Of a DNA stretch of 64,000 nucleotides, positions 49,929 through 59,052 are shown piece after piece (the stretch's first letter is position 1; every line of letters starts with the position of its first letter). Both the position numbers and the translations under genes were made by a program. Below the pieces are notes generated by a model. The model searched no databases. It saw only the letters and a program-made list of their open reading frames with translations, and was not told where the DNA came from. This DNA is from Longimicrobiales bacterium (lineage in GTDB: Bacteria > Gemmatimonadota > Gemmatimonadetes > Longimicrobiales > Gaopeijiaceae): NCBI GenBank assembly GCA_965249725.1, contig CBDFMQ010000002.1:256001-320000 (forward strand), in the 5' to 3' direction.

Positions 49929-49952
49929 GAATCCCACCGGTGGGATTCCTAG
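49925..49952. terminator. Perfect 28-bp palindrome between convergent genes
   Basis: CTAGGAATCCCACC|GGTGGGATTCCTAG, no spacer. Confidence 0.6.
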
Positions 49953-49961
49953 CATTCAGCC

Positions 49962-51335
49962 CTAGAAGACCGTCGCCCGCTTCGACCCTTCGGGTCCGTT
50001 GTCCCAATCCTGGACCGTGGAAATGTTGGGCATTCCCCAGTCATTCCCGTTCCAGCCCTGGAAGCCGTCCAGGCGGAAGGCCCAGAAGCCGGTCGTGAAG
50101 TCGGAAACGATGATCAGGCCGTCTTCGTTGCGGACATCGAGACCCATAGCGCCGTTGGCCACCTCGGTGAAGAACGAAGCTCCGCCGCCGTAGGCGATGT
50201 TGTCGGGCTGATCGTAGGTGTCGAAGCTGGCCACCGTGTAAGGGTTCTCCGGGTCCATCATGTTGAAGACCTGAAGCCCCTCCATGTAGTTCGCGACGAA
50301 CACGTAGGGCCAGCGCATCTCGAAGTTGTGGGCGTGCTTCTTCCAGTCCGCCGTCCACGCTCCGATGGGTCGCGTGATCATGTTGGTGGCGTCCGTCGCC
50401 TCCATGTCGAACAAGCGGATGGGGCTGTAGCGGAGATGGCCTTCGGAGATGCCGTACTTGTGGTCCGGCGTCACCGCGAACGTGTGATCGCGGGTCACCC
50501 CTGGAACACACGCAACCGATTTGATCAGCTGGGGCTCTTCTGGGCGGGTCACGTCGAAGACGTAGGTCCCTACCGGCTGGGAAGCGGCGTAGGCGAGGTC
50601 CCGGCCGGTCTCCGGATCGAAGGCGATGTAGAAGTCGTGGTAGGTATGTGACATCCCGGCGCCCGGACAGGGATTGGTCGGCACAGGCATCTGAGCGATG
50701 AGCCCGTTGTCCGGGGCCCCGTCCAGAAACATCTGCATGTCGTAGATGTTGGCGTAGGGCCCGTTCACCGTTGCGAAGAGGAGCACACGGCCGTCGGAGT
50801 GCTTATAGGCGAAGAGATTGTGAAACCCGCCCGGGCTGAGCGGGTCTCGGATACGTCCGACCTCGCGTACCGCCTCGGGATCAGGAAGTCCCGTTACGTC
50901 GAAGACCACCGCGCCGAGGTCGGCGTCCGGCCCACCCTGCTGGAATTGGAGACCCTGAGCGTAGTAGTAGCGATCGTTCAGCTTGAAGTACTTACCGTCG
51001 GTGCCGCCCGAGCCGCGGTGCAGCTCGGCGTTCTCGATGCGCCACCGGTAGATGATCTGCGAGCTCTCCGGCTTGGACACGTCGATGATGTCGACACCGC
51101 CCAGGAGCCAACGGGACACATACACGTAGGGTCGAGAGATCTCCTGCTCGATCTCGATGTCGCCCACGCTGAAGGCCTGTCCGAGCTGGATGTGTGACAC
51201 CAACTCGACGTTGGCGGTGCCCTGTTCGATGATCCCGTCCGCCGGCGGTGACTGTGCGTCGGCGGCTAGAGGACTCCAGGCCAAGACGGCCAGAGACAGC
51301 ACGACCCGGCGGGGGAGGGCACTAAGCAACTGCAT
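49962..51335 (-). CDS. Secreted LVIVD-type beta-propeller protein, paralogue P6 (divergent)
   Basis: ATG 51335 gives a signal peptide; GGFHN, YHD, DHT, HAHNFE, DWDNGP. Confidence 0.8.
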   Translation of the reverse strand: MQLLSALPRRVVLSLAVLAWSPLAADAQSPPADGIIEQGTANVELVSHIQLGQAFSVGDIEIEQEISRPYVYVSRWLLGGVDIIDVSKPESSQIIYRWRIENAELHRGSGGTDGKYFKLNDRYYYAQGLQFQQGGPDADLGAVVFDVTGLPDPEAVREVGRIRDPLSPGGFHNLFAYKHSDGRVLLFATVNGPYANIYDMQMFLDGAPDNGLIAQMPVPTNPCPGAGMSHTYHDFYIAFDPETGRDLAYAASQPVGTYVFDVTRPEEPQLIKSVACVPGVTRDHTFAVTPDHKYGISEGHLRYSPIRLFDMEATDATNMITRPIGAWTADWKKHAHNFEMRWPYVFVANYMEGLQVFNMMDPENPYTVASFDTYDQPDNIAYGGGASFFTEVANGAMGLDVRNEDGLIIVSDFTTGFWAFRLDGFQGWNGNDWGMPNISTVQDWDNGPEGSKRATVF

Positions 51336-51349
51336 GGGGTCGGCCGGTT

Positions 51350-51961
51350 TCAGCAGTTCTCTACTTCGAACGGGCCGTGCCCCGACGCGGAGTGCATCAG
51401 GCCGCTCCGGGAGATCCCCTGCATGAGGATCGGTCCCTTCCAAGCATTCCCGGGCCTATCGACATTCGCGGGGTCCCACGAACCCGGCTGCTCGGCCGTG
51501 ACGAACATGATGAACTTGTTGAAGTCCACCTGTCCCTTGAGCTCACGGTTTTCGTCGAGGACGCCCATTCTGACGATCGGGCTCAGGTTGGGCGGCGTTA
51601 CCCAAACGGTGTATTCCACGTTCGGGGGTCCCCGGAGTCCTTCGACGGCGAGGTGAACGTCGTAGACGTACCGGCCATCCACCGAAACCGCGATGCCGAA
51701 CGGCGACTGAGCGAAGGTCTTCGTGACGTATCCGACCGCACCCGGTGCGCTACCCGTGGCTGCCATGCGGATGTTGTAGTAGTCGGCGAGGGGCGCAACG
51801 GCCGGCGCAGCAGCGCAGATACCAACGACCGGATCGGGCACGCTCGCCGAGGCTGGTTCGGCCTGCCACAACGGCGAGGCGAACGCAAGCGTGACAGCGA
51901 CCAACATCATCGACACCCGACCCACGGGGGCGGATAGCTCGCTCAGCAGCCCAAAACGCAT
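51350..51961 (-). CDS. Hypothetical exported protein with C-terminal MHxxxGH..C motif
   Basis: ATG 51961 after GGAGG; signal-like helix; SPFGIAVSxDG motif; stop 14 bp upstream of the P6 start. Confidence 0.7.
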   Translation of the reverse strand: MRFGLLSELSAPVGRVSMMLVAVTLAFASPLWQAEPASASVPDPVVGICAAAPAVAPLADYYNIRMAATGSAPGAVGYVTKTFAQSPFGIAVSVDGRYVYDVHLAVEGLRGPPNVEYTVWVTPPNLSPIVRMGVLDENRELKGQVDFNKFIMFVTAEQPGSWDPANVDRPGNAWKGPILMQGISRSGLMHSASGHGPFEVENC

Positions 51962-52052
51962 CTTGAATCCTCCACAGAAAGCCACGTTCAACCTCGAAAA
52001 TTACGCAGGGCGCCTCAGGGCTGCAAGACAATGGGCCGGGTGCCCGGAGTCC

Positions 52053-53531
52053 TCATGTATCCTGAGCCGAGTCGAAAAGGTCCTGCACTCGCTCGGTTTC
52101 TACACGGCTTCCCGCCATCGAGATCGCGACGTACGTGATCATCGATAGGAGCAAAGCTGGAAAGACTTGATGTAGGCTCGCCGACCACGGTGTGAATCTC
52201 CACAGGAAAAGGGGGGCGAGCCCCGCGACATACGAGCCGATGACGGCGGTCCCATTGCCCCTGCGCCAGTAGAGCCCGAGGACGATCGCGGGAAGGAAGC
52301 ATGCTCCGTAGAGGCTGCCGGAAAGGGCGGTCAGGGTGACGATGCCCCCTGGGGGGTTCAGTGCGATAACGGCAGTGATCAGGGCGAAGATCGCTACATA
52401 GACACGTGTTGCGCGCAACGCGGAGGCATCGGAGCTGGGGGGACGGAACACTCCCACGAGATCTCGTTCGGCGGTAGACGCCATCACCAGGAGGACGCTG
52501 TCCAGCGACGACATCGCCGCAGCGACCATGGCAACCAGAAGGAACGCGGCACCCAGGGGAGAGAACACGCCGTCCATGGCAAGGAGCGTAGGCACGATCA
52601 AATCCGTGTCGGCGACGTCGCCGGGAATGACGCGTCGCGCGTACAGACCCACCGGCACGAGGAGGGAGTAGACGGCCGTGAACGTGAGTGTGCTGACCAC
52701 CATGCCGGTCTTCGTCGCCTGTGCGCCTTCGAGCGCGTAGAAGCGGGACAACTGACGAGGCTCGACCGCGAACTTGATGGTGCCGGCGACCAGCACTCCG
52801 AACAGGGCCGGGACCGCGACGCCACCTCCCCAGGTGAACAGGTGGGATGTCTCGGGGGCCTGCCGGATCAGCTCGATGGCCCCGAGCCCCCCAGCCGCAC
52901 TCACCGTACCCGTGAAGAGTAGGATGGCCGCCACGGACATGACGATGCCCTGGACGGCATCGGTCTTCACCACAGAGATGAAGCCTCCTACCGCCGTGTA
53001 GAGCATGACCACGACGAACACGATCGCGATCGAGAGTTTATAGGGGATGTCCATGAAGGTCTCCAGGAGATTGCCGATTCCCTTGAAGACCGCCGTCATG
53101 TAGAAGAGACTCGCGAACAAGACGATGACCGCCGCGAGGAAGCGCGCAGCCGTGCTCTCGAAGCGGAATCCGATGAAGTCGGGAACCGTCAGAGAATCGA
53201 GGGAACGCGTGAAGACCCTCAAGCGAGGAGCGACGACCGCCCAGGCGAAGAACGAAAAGCCCACCACGAAGGGCACCAAGAGGAGCCAGGGTGCTCCCCA
53301 CGCATGGGCCTGACCAGAGAAGCCGATGAAGGAGTTGGTGCTCGAGTAGGTGGCGAAGAACGAAAGGCCGAGGGCCAAGCCGCCCATCCCTCGGCCCCCC
53401 ACGTAGTAGTCGGCCAGCCCCTTCGTCTCCTTCTTTCCGGCGTATGCGTGGTAGGCGAGGAGGACCGTGTAGAGTGACAACAACAGGTGGACGAGCCAGA
53501 ACTCGCGCAGGTTGTCGAGGATGGCGCTCAC
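52053..53531 (-). CDS. Sodium:solute symporter (SSS) family
   Basis: DYYVGGR, SxxATYSSTNSFIG, GGFISVVKTDAVQG, AAAMSSLDS. Confidence 0.9.
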   Translation of the reverse strand: MSAILDNLREFWLVHLLLSLYTVLLAYHAYAGKKETKGLADYYVGGRGMGGLALGLSFFATYSSTNSFIGFSGQAHAWGAPWLLLVPFVVGFSFFAWAVVAPRLRVFTRSLDSLTVPDFIGFRFESTAARFLAAVIVLFASLFYMTAVFKGIGNLLETFMDIPYKLSIAIVFVVVMLYTAVGGFISVVKTDAVQGIVMSVAAILLFTGTVSAAGGLGAIELIRQAPETSHLFTWGGGVAVPALFGVLVAGTIKFAVEPRQLSRFYALEGAQATKTGMVVSTLTFTAVYSLLVPVGLYARRVIPGDVADTDLIVPTLLAMDGVFSPLGAAFLLVAMVAAAMSSLDSVLLVMASTAERDLVGVFRPPSSDASALRATRVYVAIFALITAVIALNPPGGIVTLTALSGSLYGACFLPAIVLGLYWRRGNGTAVIGSYVAGLAPLFLWRFTPWSASLHQVFPALLLSMITYVAISMAGSRVETERVQDLFDSAQDT

Positions 53532-55192
53532 TGGGAGTCCCCTGACGCGAAGAGACCCTTCACGTCTTGTTTTTGCACCTTGCCCATGCTGTTGCGGGGC
53601 AAGTCGTCGAAGACCCTCAGTTCGCTCGGCACCTTGTACGGGGCGAGTCGGCCCTTGACCCAGCCCAGCACGGCATCCACGTCGACCGGCGAATCGCTCG
53701 CAGGGACTACGACTCCGCAGAGGCGTTCCCCCAGCTCAGGGTCGGGCACACCCACGATCGCGCAGTCCAAGACATGCGGATGCTCTCTCACCGTTTCCTC
53801 TATCTGTAGAGCCGACACCTTGTAGCCGCTCACCTTGATGATGTCGACGGACAGGCGGCCGAGGAGACGGTAGTACCCGTCCTCGACCACCGCCACGTCG
53901 CCGGTGCGAAACCACCCGTCGTCGAACGCCTCACTCGTCTCCTCAGGCCTACGCCAATACTCGGAGAAGACACCGGGCCCCCGTACCTCCAACTCCCCTG
54001 GGCTTTCCGGCTCTACCACGAGCTCGCCTGACTCGTCGACGCGCCGGACCTCTACTCCAGGAAGTGGTTGTCCCACATGGCCGGCACGCCGTTCCCCCAG
54101 GAGTGGGTTCGAGAGACCCATGCCGATTTCGGTCATCCCGTACCTCTCGAGGAGTGTATGTCCGGTGATCTCCCGCCATCGCTCGAGTACGCTGACGGGG
54201 AGTGCAGCCGAGCCGGACACCATGAGGCGCAGTTTCCGCGCCCCCTGGCTCCATCGCTCCTGGTCTTCCGGACTCGCCCCGTCCCACGCGTCGATGAGCC
54301 TGACGTAGACCGTGGGCACCGCCATGAACAGGGTGACGTCGCCCGAGGCGAAACACTCCCACGTATCGGTGGCGTTGAAACGGGGGAGCATCTGACAGCA
54401 GGCCCCGGCCCACAGGGCAGAGGTGACTACGTTGATGATGCCGTGCACGTGATGGAGGGGCAGCACCAACAGAACGCGGTCGTCGGGGCTCCAGCCCCAG
54501 GCGCCGACGAGGGAGGTGACTTGGGCTTCGATTTGCGAATGGGTCGTCACCACCCCCTTGGGTCGGCCCGTCGTGCCGCTCGTGTAGACCATGAGGGCTC
54601 GCCGGACAGGGGAGATGTCGGGCAGGGCGGGGGGCCCGGCGGGGGGCCCGGCGGGGGGCCCGGCGGGGGGCCCGGCGGCGGGCTCCTCGGTGGGCTCCGC
54701 GGGCACCACCGGAGCCGCTTCGGCGCACAACGCATCCGAATCCAGAGCCTCGAATCCTCGCTCCTGAGCCAGCGGGATGATTCGGTCGGCCAACGACGGG
54801 TGAACGACTACGGCGGTCGGCTCGGCGTCGTCCAGGACTTGCGCCAGCTCGGGGGGCGGATGCGAGATCGCCAATGGGACGGCTACGCCCCCTCCCATCC
54901 AGATTCCCCACTGGACCGCTACATGTTGGAATCCGGGGGGGACCAGGTAGGCGACGCGGGCCTCGGCGAGATCCGTGGCTTCTCCGTCCGTTGGCAGGAC
55001 CGCTGCCGAGAGCCGTTTGGCCACACCGTGCGCGGCCGAGAGAAGGTCCCTGTACGTGAACGAGCCCTCGTCGCAGGTGACTGCTGTACGGGCCAGGTTG
55101 GCTCGGGCCCGCCCGATCAGTGTGGGCTCTCGAGGCGCGCGCGCGCCCTGCGGGTCGGACGGATCAGGCATCGGCGCCTTAGGGGCTTTCAA
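53528..55192 (-). CDS. Acyl-CoA synthetase, MatB/ACSF3-like
   Basis: YTSGTTGRPKG, LPLHHVHG, ERYGMTE, WFRTGD, GYKVSALQIE, PRNSMGKV. Confidence 0.88.
   Translation of the reverse strand: MKAPKAPMPDPSDPQGARAPREPTLIGRARANLARTAVTCDEGSFTYRDLLSAAHGVAKRLSAAVLPTDGEATDLAEARVAYLVPPGFQHVAVQWGIWMGGGVAVPLAISHPPPELAQVLDDAEPTAVVVHPSLADRIIPLAQERGFEALDSDALCAEAAPVVPAEPTEEPAAGPPAGPPAGPPAGPPALPDISPVRRALMVYTSGTTGRPKGVVTTHSQIEAQVTSLVGAWGWSPDDRVLLVLPLHHVHGIINVVTSALWAGACCQMLPRFNATDTWECFASGDVTLFMAVPTVYVRLIDAWDGASPEDQERWSQGARKLRLMVSGSAALPVSVLERWREITGHTLLERYGMTEIGMGLSNPLLGERRAGHVGQPLPGVEVRRVDESGELVVEPESPGELEVRGPGVFSEYWRRPEETSEAFDDGWFRTGDVAVVEDGYYRLLGRLSVDIIKVSGYKVSALQIEETVREHPHVLDCAIVGVPDPELGERLCGVVVPASDSPVDVDAVLGWVKGRLAPYKVPSELRVFDDLPRNSMGKVQKQDVKGLFASGDSQ
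54627..54674. repeat. 12-bp in-frame tandem repeat x4 (GCGGGGGGCCCG), encoding (AGPP)4
   Basis: Four identical units inside the acyl-CoA synthetase, just before the P-loop. Confidence 0.9.
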
Positions 55193-55338
55193 GGCAACAA
55201 GTTACAAGAATCAGGAAGAGTTTTCCCCTAATCGGAAGAGTTGAGCCGGCGAGAAGCCAGGAATGACGCGGAAAGCCCGATTGGCATGGCTGTTGCACTT
55301 ATTTCGGGGTGGAAACTCCCTTAACACGGTGGAGCACC

Positions 55339-55521
55339 ATGAACGCCACAGCGATCTCGCCGACTTCTCGGGGAGAAAAACGTTACAGGGCATACTTGGA
55401 TGCGATACGTCGCGGCAAGAAGAAGCGCCATTTCCTTCACGGCCTCAAGGTCGCCCTAATTGGTATTGCAATCGGCGTGATCGGGGCCCTGATCATCGCC
55501 GCCTGGCAGTTCCCAACCTAG
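55339..55521 (+). CDS. Small single-pass membrane protein (60 aa)
   Basis: GGAG RBS + ATG 55339; basic segment followed by a C-terminal TM helix. Confidence 0.55.
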   Translation: MNATAISPTSRGEKRYRAYLDAIRRGKKKRHFLHGLKVALIGIAIGVIGALIIAAWQFPT

Positions 55522-55542
55522 CTCTGGGACCGCTTCGCACCG

Positions 55543-56322
55543 CTACCCCCCCACCAGTGCCAACACCCTGAGCGGACTCCCGCTCCCGTCCACGATTTTC
55601 AGCGGCGCCGCCACGATGACCGATCCGGTCGCCGGTAGCTGATCCAGGTTACACAGGCTGGCCAAGCCGAGCTTGCCCGCGCCGTGCATGATCGTGTGGT
55701 TGGGGAAGGGTGGATCGAACCCTCCAGCCTGACCCGCGTCCGTCCCGATCGTCTCGACCCCGACTCCCGTCACGTCACGTTCGTAGGCCAGAAACTCGGA
55801 TCCCTCCTTGGCGAATCCGGGCGTATGGGGACCGTCGTCCGATACGTTCTGGAAGTCGGCCGGGTCGGTTCTCTTTCCCCACCCGGTCTGCAGAAGTACC
55901 CAGGCGCGTGCGGGGATCCGTCCGTTCTCCTGCTCCCAAGCTTCGATCCGAGCGGGAGTGAGCAGGAAGTCGGGGTCGTCGGCGACCTCCGCGGTGACGT
56001 CGATCACGCAGCCTGGACCCACAAACCGTCCCGCCGGCAGTGTGTCGCATGCATTGTTCGGCAGGTCCTTGCCGGTCACCCAATGAATCGGTGCGTCGAA
56101 GTGGGTGCCTGTATGCTCTCCTAGGGTGATCGTGTTCCAGTACCATGCCGGTCCGCGATCATCGTAACGCGAGATCAAGTCGATACTCACGCCGGGTGAC
56201 GGCGCAAAGATGTCGGGGAGCCCGATGACCGGAGTGTCCGGCCCAAGCGGCTGCGTGAGATCCACGACTCGGATCGCACCGGATGAGAGGCCCTCGGCGA
56301 GCTGCGTTAGGACTGAAGACAT
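55543..56322 (-). CDS. Cyclase / kynurenine-formamidase-family protein (cytoplasmic)
   Basis: EHTGTHFDAPIHW, GVETIGTD, APLKIVDGSGSP. Confidence 0.88.
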   Translation of the reverse strand: MSSVLTQLAEGLSSGAIRVVDLTQPLGPDTPVIGLPDIFAPSPGVSIDLISRYDDRGPAWYWNTITLGEHTGTHFDAPIHWVTGKDLPNNACDTLPAGRFVGPGCVIDVTAEVADDPDFLLTPARIEAWEQENGRIPARAWVLLQTGWGKRTDPADFQNVSDDGPHTPGFAKEGSEFLAYERDVTGVGVETIGTDAGQAGGFDPPFPNHTIMHGAGKLGLASLCNLDQLPATGSVIVAAPLKIVDGSGSPLRVLALVGG

Positions 56323-56595
56323 GATCGGTTTCCTTCTCTCGTTGCTGATCGGCAGGCGGGGCCCCGCAGATCGGGCGTGGGCGCTCGGGACGCACGTTCA
56401 CCCCGTGATGAGAGTCACTCACCGTACGGTCGGCCGCCGGTCGTTGCAAGCCTGATTGCAGGGCTGGCTGGGGGGTTCCGTGGGTGCCCAAGGCGCAGTC
56501 ATGAACACGCCCATCGAATCACCGGTCGCCCCCTCACCATCCCACCCAAGCCTGCGCGAAAGCGGGAGCCGGTGGATCCCGAGCGGGCCTGCTCG

Positions 56596-56700
56596 GGGAG
56601 CAGGTGCGCTACCCTCGCCCGAACCCGTCCGCCCGAAGCGCTGGTAGCGAAGCGGTGGTAGAGTAGCGGGGTTCGGGTGAGGGCGGCGCACCTAGCTCCC
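56596..56700. other. Long imperfect inverted repeat (candidate structured RNA or REP/MITE-like element)
   Basis: ~31-nt arms pairing with 2 G-U, 1 mismatch and 1 bulge on + strand; 41-nt loop. Confidence 0.6.
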
Positions 56701-56734
56701 ATCACCCGGGTTGAGGCGATCCGCCGACTCCCAG

Positions 56735-57328
56735 CTAAACCGCGCCCTCGAAGAACGGGTTCTCCCCCGACGCGTGGTCGGTGACGTCGTGGATGACCGT
56801 GATCTCGGGGACGGCCTGACGGACCATCCGCTCCACGCCTTGGCGTAGCGTCATGCGGGACATCGCGCAGCCCTGGCAGCCACCGCTCATCTCCAGGTAG
56901 ATCTCGGTGCCCTGCACGTCGACCAACGAGATGGCACCGCCGTGGGAAGCGATCGCCGGGTTGATCTGGCTCTCGAGGATCTCTCGGACCTGCTCGGCCA
57001 GAGCCCCGTCGGGAGCACTGGACGGGGCACCTGCGCCTGCTGCGGCCAGGCGGACCTCGAATCCGCTCTCGTTGGCGCGCTCGACGAAATCGACCGTGGC
57101 GTCGTCGAGGCGTGGAGCCATCTCCTCGTCGACGACGAGGGTGAGACCTTCCACAGCCAGCTCGACCTCGCCGCTGCGAATCTCGTCGGGCCCGACCAGG
57201 GTGAGCTCGAAGTCCGGAGCCGCCGGCGTGCCGCCGGAGACGGCGATCCTCAGCGCCGTGAGTTCGCCGCCGCTCTGGTCGATATAGCTGCGAACCACTT
57301 CGAGGGCTCTGTCCGTCAGCGTTGTCAT
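56735..57328 (-). CDS. nfuA: Fe-S carrier NfuA (degenerate A-type domain + Nfu domain)
   Basis: Cys-less IscA-like N-domain; INPAIASHGG, GGCQGC, DVTDHASGENP. Confidence 0.88.
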   Translation of the reverse strand: MTTLTDRALEVVRSYIDQSGGELTALRIAVSGGTPAAPDFELTLVGPDEIRSGEVELAVEGLTLVVDEEMAPRLDDATVDFVERANESGFEVRLAAAGAGAPSSAPDGALAEQVREILESQINPAIASHGGAISLVDVQGTEIYLEMSGGCQGCAMSRMTLRQGVERMVRQAVPEITVIHDVTDHASGENPFFEGAV

Positions 57329-57552
57329 CGAGAACACTCCTGCCGGGTACGGTAACAAACGTTCCTACAAACCATCCTAAGGACGTTCCGGATTGGGTCG
57401 GCGCCGTATACCCGCGAATCATTCCGGGGTTCTCTTCTCGGTTGATGAGGTGCGCCGGGGCGTCTAGCTTCCACCCTTTCGCAGGACCCGAAACATCCCA
57501 CGGTGCCCCGACCCTCTTGGTGGCTCGCGCAATTCGGAAACGGAACCAATAG

Positions 57553-58875
57553 ATGGCCGACACTCAGTTGATGGATAAGCTCACGTCTCTCGCCAAGCGC
57601 CGAGGGTTCATCTTCCAATCCTCCGAGATCTATGGCGGGACGGGTGCCGTTTGGGACTACGGCCCCCTCGGAATCGAGCTCAAGCGCAACGTGAAGGATC
57701 GCTGGTGGAGCACCATGGTCCATCAGCGTGACGACGTCGAGGGCCTGGATGCATCCATCCTCATGCATCCCAGGGTCTGGGAGGCTTCAGGCCATGTGGA
57801 CGGGTTCACGGACCCGCTCGTCGAGTGCTCGAATTGCCACCGCCGGTTCCGGGCCGACCTCCCCGAGGTCGAGAACGGTCAGTGCCCTACCTGTGGGACC
57901 AAGGAGGCGTTCGGCGAGGCGCGGATGTTCAACCTCATGTTCAAGACCTTCATGGGACCGGTCGAGGACGATGCATCGGTCATCTATCTCCGCCCTGAGA
58001 CGGCCCAGGGGTCGTACGTCAACTTCCTGAACGTGCAGACGGCGTCACGGCAGAAGATCCCGTTCGGGATCGCCCAGATCGGCAAGGCGTTCCGCAACGA
58101 GATCACGCCCGGAAACTTCATCTTCCGAACCCGAGAATTCGAGCAGATGGAGCTCCAGTTCTTCGTTGAGCCCGGCCAAGACGACGAGTGGTTCGATTAC
58201 TGGATGAACGCGCGCATGGAATGGCATCTCTCGCTGGGGATCCGCAAGGAGAAGCTCCGCTTCCACGAACACGGCCCCGACGAGCTCGCCCACTACGCGA
58301 AGAAGGCGTTCGACATCGAGTACGAATACCCGTTCGGCTGGAAGGAATTCGAGGGCATCCACAATCGGACCGACTTCGATCTCTCCCGCCACCAGGAGTA
58401 TTCGGGCAAGAGGTTGGAGTACATCGATCCGGCCGAGGGCAAGCGGTTCGTCCCCTACGTCGTCGAAACGGCGGTTGGAGTGGACCGAACCGTTCTGGTG
58501 GCACTCGTGGACGCGTATCGGGAGGAGGAGATCGAGGGCGAGACTCGGGTCGTGCTGAGCCTCGATCCGGGCTTGGCGCCGATCAAGGTCGCCGTGTTCC
58601 CCCTGGTCAAGAAGGACGGTCTACCCGAGATCGCCAAGAAGCTGGATGCAGATCTTCGTGGCAGTGCCATCCCGTCGTTCTACGACGCGGCGGGATCCAT
58701 CGGGAAACGCTACCGGCGGCAAGATGAGGCGGGCACGCCGTGGTGTGTTACGGTGGACGGTCAGACTGTGGAGGACGGCACGGTCACCGTCCGTGACCGG
58801 GATACGCTGGAACAGGTCAGGGTGAGCGGCGAGTCGGTGCCCGAGTGGGTGCGGGAACGGTTGTCGGGATCGTGA
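57553..58875 (+). CDS. glyQS: Glycine--tRNA ligase, homodimeric alpha2 type
   Basis: [49 protein letters not shown]. Confidence 0.96.
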   Translation: MADTQLMDKLTSLAKRRGFIFQSSEIYGGTGAVWDYGPLGIELKRNVKDRWWSTMVHQRDDVEGLDASILMHPRVWEASGHVDGFTDPLVECSNCHRRFRADLPEVENGQCPTCGTKEAFGEARMFNLMFKTFMGPVEDDASVIYLRPETAQGSYVNFLNVQTASRQKIPFGIAQIGKAFRNEITPGNFIFRTREFEQMELQFFVEPGQDDEWFDYWMNARMEWHLSLGIRKEKLRFHEHGPDELAHYAKKAFDIEYEYPFGWKEFEGIHNRTDFDLSRHQEYSGKRLEYIDPAEGKRFVPYVVETAVGVDRTVLVALVDAYREEEIEGETRVVLSLDPGLAPIKVAVFPLVKKDGLPEIAKKLDADLRGSAIPSFYDAAGSIGKRYRRQDEAGTPWCVTVDGQTVEDGTVTVRDRDTLEQVRVSGESVPEWVRERLSGS

Positions 58876-59052
58876 ATGGACCCTGACGGGATACCGGACG
58901 AGACCCAGAAGTGATCCCGGGTCGGACCCGCCGACTGACCCGTTCGTGTTTGCCGGGGTCGCCGACGAAGCATCGGTCTCCCATGTTATCCGCTTGCTCG
59001 AAGAGGGCCTCGACCCGCTAAGGGGCTCTTCAACCTGAATCCGGAGGCATCG

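Noticed and set aside
56596..56700. SRP (4.5S) RNA or 6S RNA
   Set aside because: No CAGG..GGAA..AGCAG helix-8 motif on either strand; length and bubble architecture do not clearly fit 6S
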